From the NCBI GenBank assembly GCA_048938385.1, contig JBHLMG010000009.1, forward strand, positions 6,620 to 70,619: a DNA stretch of 64,000 bases, read 5' to 3'. This document shows, piece after piece, positions 46,194-55,254 of this stretch. Made by a program: the position numbers and the translations under genes. A model generated the notes under the pieces. The model was given only the letters and a program-made list of their open reading frames with translations. It was not told the origin of the DNA and made no database searches. The first letter of the stretch is position 1. Every line of letters begins with the position of its first letter. Source of the stretch: Promethearchaeota archaeon. Its GTDB lineage: Archaea; Asgardarchaeota; Hermodarchaeia; Hermodarchaeales; Hermodarchaeaceae.

Positions 46194-48344
46194 ATGCTAC
46201 CTTACGCTGCTTGGCTTTGTTGGGGATTCCCCCTGCTAGGGGCTGTCCTCACACCGCTCTTTGCAAAAATCCATCCAAAGCTTCGGGATTACGGAGCCAT
46301 CGTCTTTGGCTTACTAGGCATGATCATGGCCTTCTCCATGATTCCATTCATTTATTCTGGAGATGCCTGGCTTGGGACTCAATGGCTAGAAATTTCTATT
46401 CCTTGGATTAACATCCCAGGTGTTCTTACACTGGAATGGGGAATGCTCATTGACCCGTTATCCGTTTTCATGGCCTGTGTAGCAACCGGTGTCAGCTTCC
46501 TCATCCTTGTATACAGCCTTGGTTACATGCACGGTGATGAATCGCTCACTCGTTACTGGTTTTTCATGCAACTGTTCATTGGTGGAATGGTTCTCCTTGT
46601 TATGGCGAACAACCTCCTCCAAACTTTCATTGGCTGGGAAATCGTAGGGCTCTGCTCCTACGCCCTCATCGGCTTCTGGTACAACAAGCCCAACATGGTT
46701 ATAGACGATCAACTAGGTGAAATCACCGAAGGAAGGCTAAACTCACACAGTGGTATGAAAGCCTTCATCGTTACCCGTGTTGGAGATGTCGCCCTCCTTA
46801 TTGCCATCGTCTTTATCTTCTTCTTCACTGTTCAAGCAGGAACTCCCACCTTCAACTACCAAGTTCTCCTTTCAGACTTCACCTGGCTTGGAACCATGGC
46901 TCAGGCGATTAGTGCTTTTCCTGGCCTATTACTATTCGTGGTGTTCCTCCTCTTCTTTCTGGGACCCATTGGAAAAAGCGCGCAATTCCCCTTACAGTTC
47001 TGGCTCCCGGAAGCCATGGCAGGTCCAACCACCGTCTCCGCCTTGATCCACGCTGCTGCAATGGTCAAAGCTGGTGTCTATCTGGTTGCTCGAATGGCCC
47101 CAATCCTTGTACAGGGCTTCCACACGGTAGCGATCGCAACAGCTATTGTTCAACAGGCTCTTAGCAACTTCTTCTATGTTATCGCCATAATCGGGACTTT
47201 CACCGCTTTTATGGCGGCAAGCATGGCTTTGGTCTCTAAGGAGCTCAAGAAGGTTCTTGCTTTCAGCACCATTAGCCAACTCGGTTATATGTTCATGGCA
47301 ATTGGTGTGTTCGCCATCGCTGCTGAAGGAGCAGCAGGATACGCTGCGGGGGTCTTCCATTTAGCTGCCCATGCTGTCTTTAAAGCACTCCTCTTCTTGT
47401 CCGCAGGGGCTGTGCTCCACGCAGTTCATAGCAAATACATGACGGATATGGGCGGGATCCGAAAAGCAATGCCGATTACCTTTATTGTAATGATCATTGG
47501 TGCTCTAGCCTTGAGTGGCTTCCCGCCCCTAGCAGGCTTTTGGAGCAAGGAAGCCATCTTTTCTGCTGCCTGGGAATTGGGAGTTATGGGCAACATGACA
47601 GGTTACATCTTCCTCCTCTTCGCTGCCCTAACTGGTGTATTGACCTTCTTCTACAGTCTTCGTATGATTGGTATGACCTTCCTTGGTTCACCAAGTGAGA
47701 ATGTTGAGAAACTAGCTGCAGAAGGGAAACCTGTGCATGAAGCGCCCCTAGTAATGTGGTTACCTTTAGTAATTCTTGCTATCACTACAGTGGTTCTTGG
47801 ATTTCTTGAACCGTTCCTGAAGACATTCTTTCTAGGTGAATGGGCTCTTCAATTCTCAGGGATACCTCATGCTCCCCACATAGGTTCACTTATCGAGATG
47901 TATGTAGAACTCTTCGTTCACACCTTTACCTCACCCACATTCCTGATTACCCTTGGCGTGTTAGCCCTTGGCGGCATCCCCGGATACCTCATCTACATTC
48001 GCCAAAGTTGGACACCCGCAATTAGTGAGAAGAACTTCCTGTATCGGTTCTTATACAAACGTTGGTACTGGAACGGGCTCATGTACAAGATCTTTGTCAG
48101 TGGCACTCTTTGGTTTTCACGGGGAATGTTCAAGACTGTTGAAGCAAAAGGCATCGACCAGTTCAACTATGTTGTGGCTGATGGTGCCACAGGGCTAAGC
48201 CGCTGGTGGCGTCGAATTCAAACCGGTGTGCACAGCTGGAACATGATTCTGCTGCTCATTGGTGCTGTGGTCTTCGTAGCACTCCTCATCTTGTTTCAAT
48301 TTGTAGGAGGCGTGCTACTTCTTCCAATTCCCTTCATACCCTGA
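46194..48344 (+). CDS. NuoL-type antiporter-like subunit (long, with C-terminal extension)
   Basis: LIDPLSVFM, FIGWEIVGLCSYALIGFWY, GKSAQFPLQFWLPEAMAGPTTVSALIHAAAMVKAG and STISQLGYM are present. Confidence 0.85.
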   Translation: MLPYAAWLCWGFPLLGAVLTPLFAKIHPKLRDYGAIVFGLLGMIMAFSMIPFIYSGDAWLGTQWLEISIPWINIPGVLTLEWGMLIDPLSVFMACVATGVSFLILVYSLGYMHGDESLTRYWFFMQLFIGGMVLLVMANNLLQTFIGWEIVGLCSYALIGFWYNKPNMVIDDQLGEITEGRLNSHSGMKAFIVTRVGDVALLIAIVFIFFFTVQAGTPTFNYQVLLSDFTWLGTMAQAISAFPGLLLFVVFLLFFLGPIGKSAQFPLQFWLPEAMAGPTTVSALIHAAAMVKAGVYLVARMAPILVQGFHTVAIATAIVQQALSNFFYVIAIIGTFTAFMAASMALVSKELKKVLAFSTISQLGYMFMAIGVFAIAAEGAAGYAAGVFHLAAHAVFKALLFLSAGAVLHAVHSKYMTDMGGIRKAMPITFIVMIIGALALSGFPPLAGFWSKEAIFSAAWELGVMGNMTGYIFLLFAALTGVLTFFYSLRMIGMTFLGSPSENVEKLAAEGKPVHEAPLVMWLPLVILAITTVVLGFLEPFLKTFFLGEWALQFSGIPHAPHIGSLIEMYVELFVHTFTSPTFLITLGVLALGGIPGYLIYIRQSWTPAISEKNFLYRFLYKRWYWNGLMYKIFVSGTLWFSRGMFKTVEAKGIDQFNYVVADGATGLSRWWRRIQTGVHSWNMILLLIGAVVFVALLILFQFVGGVLLLPIPFIP

Positions 48345-48355
48345 GGTGACACAAA

Positions 48356-49864
48356 ATGGCACTATTCCACTATCTCTCATTCACGCTGTTGCTCATGTTC
48401 ATCGGTGCTCCAATCGCCTGGATCATTGGGCGCCGTAACGGTCGCTGGGCAGGTGTCTTTGCCCTTCTTATCATGCTAGTCAGTATGGTCACCTTTGGTC
48501 TTGCCTGGTGGGAAACGCAACTTGCCGGCACCTATATGGAAGAATTCGTTTTGACCCCCACGCTAGGACCGTTTGGCTGGTACCTTGACGGATTGAGTTC
48601 TGTCGTAGGCTGGATCATCCTCTTCCTTACTACTGCTGCAACCTGCTATTCCATCGCCTACATGGCGAAAGAACATGGCCAATCCCGGTTCTTTGCATTA
48701 CTTCTCATGTATAACGCTGGCATCCTCGGTGTCGTGTTGGCAACGAACCTATTTGAGTTCTACATCCTTTGGGAAATCATGCTCATACCCAGCTACTTCC
48801 TTATTGCAGAATGGGGTACTAAACCCCAATCCACAAAAATCGCCCTCAAATACTTCATCTTTACACACATTGGTGCTGTGCTAATTCTCGTTGGTATCGC
48901 CGGCATCTATTCACTGAGCAGTCCTGCTAGCCTAAACTTGTTTTCGACACTGGTTTCAACAATTGACCTCAGTGGGTCTATGACTGTGGGAACGCTAGCC
49001 TTCGATTTAGCTCGCATCATCACAGTTCTCTTAACAATTGGGTTCGCTGTTAAGATGGCTATCTTTCCCTTGCACACCTGGCTCCCCGATGCCCATGCCG
49101 AAGCTCCGACGCCTATTAGCGTCATCTTATCTGGCGTGATGATTGAAACCGCTGCTTACGCAATCATTCGAATCTTGATGACCTTCATGCTTCCTGCGTA
49201 TGGAAGCTTCAGCACCATTCTCATGTTCTTTGGACTCATAACCATGATTTATGGTGGTATAATGGCTCTAGCCCAAAAGGATACCAAACGCCTTTTCGCC
49301 TACTCGTCAGTGTCACAAATGGGCTACATTTTCTTTGGTGTAGGCACAGCCCTTCTGATTGGAACCGTTGGAGCCGCCTTTCACATCTTTACACACGCCC
49401 TAGGTAAAGGCCTCTTGTTTATGACTGCTGGCGTCCTCATCGTTCAAATTGGCCATGAACGGGGACGGGATATTACGGCTATGGGCGGTTTAGGGCGCAA
49501 GATGCCTTGGACTGCCACCATTGCTCTCATCGCAGGCTTAAGCATCGCTGGCACACCACCCCTCGCCGGGTTCGCTTCAGAGTTCTGGATCTTTGTGGGC
49601 GGAGCCCTCGGTTATGCTGTCTTAATGTTAATCTTTGCTGTTGCCTCCACTGCACTTACAGCTTCATACATACTCTGGTTTGTGAAGCGTGTATTCTTCG
49701 GTCCTACCCCCGCAGATCTTGAGAAAGTTACAGACAGCCCATTACTCATGCGTATCCCTATGATCATCCTTGCGCTCCTGATCATCATCTTAGGAGTATG
49801 GCCCGCATTAGTACTTGATCCACTATATCAGGCACTGAGTTTGCTTCCTACCCTGGTCCCATAA
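48356..49864 (+). CDS. NuoM-type antiporter-like subunit
   Basis: FEFYILWEIMLIPSYFLIAEWG, FPLHTWLPDAHAEAPTPISVILSGV and SSVSQMGYIF are present. Confidence 0.85.
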   Translation: MALFHYLSFTLLLMFIGAPIAWIIGRRNGRWAGVFALLIMLVSMVTFGLAWWETQLAGTYMEEFVLTPTLGPFGWYLDGLSSVVGWIILFLTTAATCYSIAYMAKEHGQSRFFALLLMYNAGILGVVLATNLFEFYILWEIMLIPSYFLIAEWGTKPQSTKIALKYFIFTHIGAVLILVGIAGIYSLSSPASLNLFSTLVSTIDLSGSMTVGTLAFDLARIITVLLTIGFAVKMAIFPLHTWLPDAHAEAPTPISVILSGVMIETAAYAIIRILMTFMLPAYGSFSTILMFFGLITMIYGGIMALAQKDTKRLFAYSSVSQMGYIFFGVGTALLIGTVGAAFHIFTHALGKGLLFMTAGVLIVQIGHERGRDITAMGGLGRKMPWTATIALIAGLSIAGTPPLAGFASEFWIFVGGALGYAVLMLIFAVASTALTASYILWFVKRVFFGPTPADLEKVTDSPLLMRIPMIILALLIIILGVWPALVLDPLYQALSLLPTLVP

Positions 49865-49880
49865 TGGAGGTTGAAATGAG

Positions 49881-51461
49881 ATGGCTATCGGAATAAATGA
49901 ATGGATTCAACTCATCCCCCTCTGGTTACCTCTCGTCGGCGCACTCTTCCTCGCGCTCATCGGTCGACTCACAAAAGAACGAAACAAAGTGCTCCTTGGG
50001 GCAATCTCTGTCGTAATTTTGTTCATTGCCCTCTGGTTCCTCATTTCACCCTTTCCGCCCTTTCAAGGACTCTACTTCCAGCTCGTCAACGCTGGTTTCA
50101 CTCCTATTGATATCGTCTACTTCGTGACAACGCCACTGGACCCAAGCATAGGAGCCGCCTTCTTGCGAATCGACATTCTCTCTGTCTTCATGTCTGTCAT
50201 CTTCATATTCTTAGGCTTCTTCGTCGCCCTCTACTCCATTAAGTACATGGAACATGACACTCGGTTATCCATCTACTATGCCCTTCTCCTCACACTCGTT
50301 GGAGGAATGGTGGGGGTCACCATGGCAGGCGATTTCTTCACATTGTTCATCCTTTGGGAAACGATGTCAATAAGCAGCTATGTTTTAGTCGCCTTCCGGA
50401 AAGACGAAGCAGAACCTCTTGAAGCCGGCATCAAGTACCTCTTTCTTAGCGCTGTGGGTTCCACGCTCATCCTCTTCACCATGTCACTTCTCTACGGGCT
50501 CACAGGCACTTTGAATATCTACCAAATCGGTCCAGCACTTTCTTTGATCGTTGGAGGCGCCACTCCTGGTTCTCCAATCCAGGGCCTTCTCCTCATCACC
50601 ATCGTTGGTCTCATCATCGGGTTCGGCGTCAAAGCGGCAATTGCTCCACTTTCCACCTGGCTTCCAGACGCCCATCCTGCTGCTCCTAGTGGCATCAGTG
50701 CCATGCTCAGCGGCGTCGTCATCATGACAGGTGCTTATGCTATTATTCGCACACTTATCCTCTTCTATAATCCCGCGGACTTTCCCTACTATGGGGCCGT
50801 AGTCAGCTGGTTTGCCCTCTTCACCATGATCTATGGAAACCTCATGGCACTGACACAAAAGGATCTGAAACGGCTTCTAGCCTATTCAACTATAGTAAAT
50901 GTCGGTTACATCATCTACGGGTTCAGTATTGCGATGATGCAGGTAGCTCAGCCTGCCCAACTCACCTCCGTCACAGGAAGCCTGTTCCACATTACAGCCC
51001 ATATGCTCTCAAAGGGCATGCTCTTCTTGATCTCAGGAATTTTCTTACACTCTCTACATACCCGGGATCTCGATAAACTCCGCGGCGTAGGTCGTAAAAT
51101 GCCACTGACCATACTCTGTTTGACGATTGGTGCTCTGTCCCTTGCAGGGGTACCTCCCCTCATCGGATTCTATAGCAAATTCTTCATCATTTGGGGCGCC
51201 ATCCAAGCAGGTGCATACATTGCCACAATCATCCTGGTGCTCATGAGCGCGTTCAGCGTAGTCTATTACTTACGCATTATCCAAGTCCTCGTCTTCGCCG
51301 AGCCCAGCCCTGAGGCTGCCACCGTCAAACCCACACACCCAATCCTTCTATTTGTTATCAGCGTACTCACAATCTTCATCATCGGTATCGGGCTGTTTCC
51401 CGGCTTCTTCATTGAAGTAGCCGAATTTGCCGCTCAAGGTGCTCTTGGGCTGCTTCCCTAA
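49881..51461 (+). CDS. NuoN-type antiporter-like subunit
   Basis: FILWETMSISSYVLVAF, EAGIKYLFLSAVGS, PLSTWLPDAHPAAPSGISAMLSG and LLAYSTIVNVGYI are present. Confidence 0.8.
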   Translation: MAIGINEWIQLIPLWLPLVGALFLALIGRLTKERNKVLLGAISVVILFIALWFLISPFPPFQGLYFQLVNAGFTPIDIVYFVTTPLDPSIGAAFLRIDILSVFMSVIFIFLGFFVALYSIKYMEHDTRLSIYYALLLTLVGGMVGVTMAGDFFTLFILWETMSISSYVLVAFRKDEAEPLEAGIKYLFLSAVGSTLILFTMSLLYGLTGTLNIYQIGPALSLIVGGATPGSPIQGLLLITIVGLIIGFGVKAAIAPLSTWLPDAHPAAPSGISAMLSGVVIMTGAYAIIRTLILFYNPADFPYYGAVVSWFALFTMIYGNLMALTQKDLKRLLAYSTIVNVGYIIYGFSIAMMQVAQPAQLTSVTGSLFHITAHMLSKGMLFLISGIFLHSLHTRDLDKLRGVGRKMPLTILCLTIGALSLAGVPPLIGFYSKFFIIWGAIQAGAYIATIILVLMSAFSVVYYLRIIQVLVFAEPSPEAATVKPTHPILLFVISVLTIFIIGIGLFPGFFIEVAEFAAQGALGLLP

Positions 51462-51498
51462 CACGGTGATCGCGTCTGCCTACAAGGTGGACGCTATT

Positions 51499-53016
51499 TC
51501 ACTCTTTCTTCGTATTAGGCGATTTCAACCACCAATAAGTATGAGATTTCGTATCTGCAAGTTCAAATCCTAACTCGTTAAGTTTTGTTCGAATACCATC
51601 GGCTTCTTGGTATTTGTTTTCCGCCCGAAGTTGAGCACGTTGTTGGAGTAAAGCTTCTATTAGTTGCTTTATCACAGGATCTATCTCGCTATCGATTTCT
51701 CGTTGGTAGAGGTCCCCAAACAGAATGATTCCTATCTTCGAAAAGAACGCAAGCAATGCTTGAGCAGAATTTGAACTTACAGCTGATGGTGTTTCCAACT
51801 GTCCTTGGATTCTGTTCACTAATCGAAAAAGGGTATTAATTGCTCGCCCCGTGTTAAAATCATCCAGTAAGGCTTCTTCTATAGCTACCTCTACTTCTTG
51901 GAATGAAGTATCCTGTTCAATAGTTTTCTCAGAGGGTTCTGCGAATTCAGCAAGTGCACGAAGATGGACGAGAACTTTCCGTAACCGTTCGACTTGTTTA
52001 CGAACGCGTTTAAGCTCAGCTTCTTTAAAGGTCAAGGGTTTCCGATAGTGCATTGAAAGTAAGTAAAGCCGCAATGTCGCTGCTCCAAACCGGTTCACAG
52101 CCTCTCGCACGGTGATCAGATTTCCTACCGACTTGGACATTTTCTCTCCATCGAGTTTCAGATGGCGAACATGCATCCAATAACGAACATACGGCTTCTC
52201 GTTTGCTGCTTCACTTTGAGCGATTGAATTCTCATGATGCGGAAAGATATTATCCTCACCACCCCCCGAAATATCTAGTGTATCTCCCAGATACTTTTTC
52301 GCCATAGCACTGCATTCAAGGTGCCAGCCTGGGCGTCCTGGACCCCACGGACTCCACCAGAAAGGCTCATCAGGTTTCGCCTGCTTCCAAAGGACAAAAT
52401 CCCCCACCTGATCCTTATCGTACTCGTCTTTGTCAACCCGTCCACTTGCCCCTGCCTGAAGCTTCTGAGGATCAATCCCTGCAAGGCGACCGTACGCAGG
52501 GAATCTGCTTATCCGAAAGTACACCCCGTCGTCTGCTTCATAAGCAACTCCTTTCTCTAGAAGAGTTTGAACTAAGTGGATCATCTCTTGTATGTGCTGT
52601 GTTGCGATAGCATAAGTAGAGGGATCTGCAATACCTAGTAGCTGTCGATCCATGTAGTAATTCCTGGTTTGACGAGTGACTAGTTGTTGGAAGGCTTCAC
52701 CGCTGGCTTGAACGCGATTCAAGATGTTGTCATCGACGCTGATGTCTGTCACATTCGAGATGTGCTTGACTTCATAGCCAAGATACTGAAGAAAACGTTC
52801 AACCACATCCCAGAATATGTAAGTCCGTGCATGCCCTATGTGCATCAAGTAGTTAACTGTCAACCCACAGGTATACATACGAATCTTCCCAGGCTCAATT
52901 GGTGTGAATCTCTCCTTTTGCTTCGTCAGAGTATTGTAAATTCTAAGTGTTGATCGTCGGTTCCATTCGCTCGTTCTTGGATGAAGGGATGTTGGAGGAT
53001 TCCGCTTCGATGTCAT
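51499..53016 (-). CDS. cysS: Cysteine--tRNA ligase
   Basis: YTCGLTVNYLMHIGHARTY is the HIGH motif, GGEDNIFPHHENSIAQSEA follows, and KMSKSVGN is the KMSKS motif. Confidence 0.9.
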   Translation of the reverse strand: MTSKRNPPTSLHPRTSEWNRRSTLRIYNTLTKQKERFTPIEPGKIRMYTCGLTVNYLMHIGHARTYIFWDVVERFLQYLGYEVKHISNVTDISVDDNILNRVQASGEAFQQLVTRQTRNYYMDRQLLGIADPSTYAIATQHIQEMIHLVQTLLEKGVAYEADDGVYFRISRFPAYGRLAGIDPQKLQAGASGRVDKDEYDKDQVGDFVLWKQAKPDEPFWWSPWGPGRPGWHLECSAMAKKYLGDTLDISGGGEDNIFPHHENSIAQSEAANEKPYVRYWMHVRHLKLDGEKMSKSVGNLITVREAVNRFGAATLRLYLLSMHYRKPLTFKEAELKRVRKQVERLRKVLVHLRALAEFAEPSEKTIEQDTSFQEVEVAIEEALLDDFNTGRAINTLFRLVNRIQGQLETPSAVSSNSAQALLAFFSKIGIILFGDLYQREIDSEIDPVIKQLIEALLQQRAQLRAENKYQEADGIRTKLNELGFELADTKSHTYWWLKSPNTKKE

Positions 53017-53283
53017 GAGTACAAACCTCCGATGTCATTACTAGATACGGAATAATTACTACCTAGTAAACTACCATATAGTTGGAATAAGTATTGAGAA
53101 ACTAAAATGGAGTACGGCGTCACCGAAGGGCTAGTGTTGGCAAACTAAATACCCCATGGTATTCACCAACCCAGAGAGAGTTCCTGTTTATACATAAATG
53201 TTATGTGCTCAGTAGTTATCAGAGCCCAAATAAGAGGAAGCCTTTTTTACCCACATAGTTACTGATGTACCTCCATTCCAAGA

Positions 53284-55239
53284 ATGAATACAGAGTTAAT
53301 GGTGAAAGCCGTGTCACCAATGCTGTCAGCGAAAATGAGCAGTTTTATTGCGATCACACTAGATTTTGATGTTGACTCAGCACTTCGCCTTATTGCCCAA
53401 ACTGGACTCGCTCATTTTTCAGACATCAAACAAAGCAGTCGCAATCTTTCACAAGGCCTAGAACCTGTGGAACCTTCAGAACGTTTCTATTATCTTTCCA
53501 ATCTTCTAACCCGCACAACTACCCTCATCAATGATATGAAGGTCAATCGCGGTGGTAAAATTAAAAATCCTCTAAAGGTCCCTGAAATCCCTGAAGACAG
53601 CTATTTAGAATCCATCGAAACGAAACTTAAGAAAATCGAAGATGAATTCGAGGGCCATACTCGTAGCTTAGAAATAGCTGCACGGAAAGAGGATAAAGCT
53701 TCCAAAAAAGAAGCTAAAAAACATATCAAAGAATTAACCGAAGAGAAACGTCTGGAGCTATTAGGCTGGGAAGAACTACTCAAACGTGAACACAGCTTGG
53801 AAGAGACTAAGACGCTCTTTTACAAAACAAAACGAACCTACATCATGTATGGCTGGATTCCCACTAAGAAAATTAAATCTCTGGAGAAAGCTATTGCGCA
53901 ACAAAAACAAGTCTCCCTTTCCATTGAATTCGAAGCACATAAAGACAAACCAGAATCCGGTCACTATCCAGCTGATGTTGGTCCTCTCGAAGGGGAAGTT
54001 GCTCCAGAAGAACCAATTGCACCCCCGACAAAACAAACAAATCCCCGTTTTCTCCGATCCTTCCAAAACCTTACAAACGCCTTCGGATTACCCAACCACC
54101 GTGAAATTGACCCCGCTTGGTTCATGGCACTCGGATTCCCCATAATCTTCGGCCTTATGTTTGGCGACATCGGACATGGATTACTCCTCTTCGGTTTTGC
54201 TATGATTGGTATGATAGCAAAACGCCGCAATGTTGACGCTGGTGAAATGATCAATTACTTCATTCAAGGATCTGGGCTCATCGCACTCATCGCTCTTGTC
54301 TCGGTCTTTTTTGGAGTATTATACGGTGAATTTCTTGGTATCGATATCACTTACCTTCCCATCTACCAGGCACTCAAATACTCACCCTTCGGGCAAGCAA
54401 TGAAAAATGTCCTAGTCAACCTTTTTCTCTTCTTCGACTTTGATGGTGGAGTAAATTGGTTCCTCGACCCGCATAGTCCTTACAACCTCTGGATCCTCGG
54501 TGATCCTCATGGTCACCCCACCCCTATCTGGTTCAGCGCCTTCGAAATGCCTGCTAACCTCCCCGCCAACATCGCCAATCCTACCTGGATCCTTTTTGTC
54601 CTCAGCATCATTATCGGCTTCATCCACCTAAGCATTGCCATTGGGTTCGATGCCATCAACAAGCTTCGCCACCGTGACTGGAAACACGCCATCTTCGGTC
54701 CCATCATCTGGCTCTATTTCCTATGGGGACTTGCCTTTATGATCTTTCAATTTGGAATTAACTTCATGGCTTGGCCACTTATTGAAATGCTCATCGCGCT
54801 CATCCTCCCCGCTGTCATCATGTTCCTCGGAGGCATGGTCGCCTTCGGGTTCATGGATGGCTTTATGGAAGGTCTCGAGCGTCTTATCGAGAGCATCAGT
54901 AACACCATCAGTTACTCTCGAATTCTTGCCCTCAACATGGCACATGCAGGCTTCGCTAAAACCTTCATCTTTCTCGCAGGCTTTACAGGAGCTGTTGAGC
55001 TTTTTAACATCCTCGAACAACTCTTCCCCGCTGGACAACTCAATTTCGGAACCTTCCTTACATTTATTGGCATGATCATTCTTGGCACTGTCTTCGTCCT
55101 CCTCATGGAAGGCCTCCTCTCGTTCATCCATACCCTTCGTCTCCACTGGGTGGAAGCTTACCTGAAATTCTACGCAGGGACCGGCTACGAGTACAAACCT
55201 CTCACCCTACCACAAAAATGGACGACAACGCCTACATAA
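53284..55239 (+). CDS. atpI: A/V-type ATPase subunit I (a-subunit, stator/ion channel)
   Basis: A ~250-aa soluble, charged coiled-coil N-terminal half is followed by a polytopic C-terminal half with YSRILALNMAHAGFAKTF and RLHWVEAYLKFY, the conserved Arg-containing helix region. It lies directly upstream of the proteolipid gene. Confidence 0.85.
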   Translation: MNTELMVKAVSPMLSAKMSSFIAITLDFDVDSALRLIAQTGLAHFSDIKQSSRNLSQGLEPVEPSERFYYLSNLLTRTTTLINDMKVNRGGKIKNPLKVPEIPEDSYLESIETKLKKIEDEFEGHTRSLEIAARKEDKASKKEAKKHIKELTEEKRLELLGWEELLKREHSLEETKTLFYKTKRTYIMYGWIPTKKIKSLEKAIAQQKQVSLSIEFEAHKDKPESGHYPADVGPLEGEVAPEEPIAPPTKQTNPRFLRSFQNLTNAFGLPNHREIDPAWFMALGFPIIFGLMFGDIGHGLLLFGFAMIGMIAKRRNVDAGEMINYFIQGSGLIALIALVSVFFGVLYGEFLGIDITYLPIYQALKYSPFGQAMKNVLVNLFLFFDFDGGVNWFLDPHSPYNLWILGDPHGHPTPIWFSAFEMPANLPANIANPTWILFVLSIIIGFIHLSIAIGFDAINKLRHRDWKHAIFGPIIWLYFLWGLAFMIFQFGINFMAWPLIEMLIALILPAVIMFLGGMVAFGFMDGFMEGLERLIESISNTISYSRILALNMAHAGFAKTFIFLAGFTGAVELFNILEQLFPAGQLNFGTFLTFIGMIILGTVFVLLMEGLLSFIHTLRLHWVEAYLKFYAGTGYEYKPLTLPQKWTTTPT

Positions 55240-55254
55240 CCCACGTGACCAATT

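Noticed and set aside
42689-51461. Annotating the A-B-C / J-K-L-M-N genes as a standard NADH:quinone oxidoreductase (nuo) operon.
   Set aside because: No NuoD, H, I, E, F or G genes are in the window. In addition, the B subunit carries the CNGC motif of group-4 hydrogenase small subunits. I therefore left gene symbols empty and describe the genes as complex-I/group-4-hydrogenase-like.
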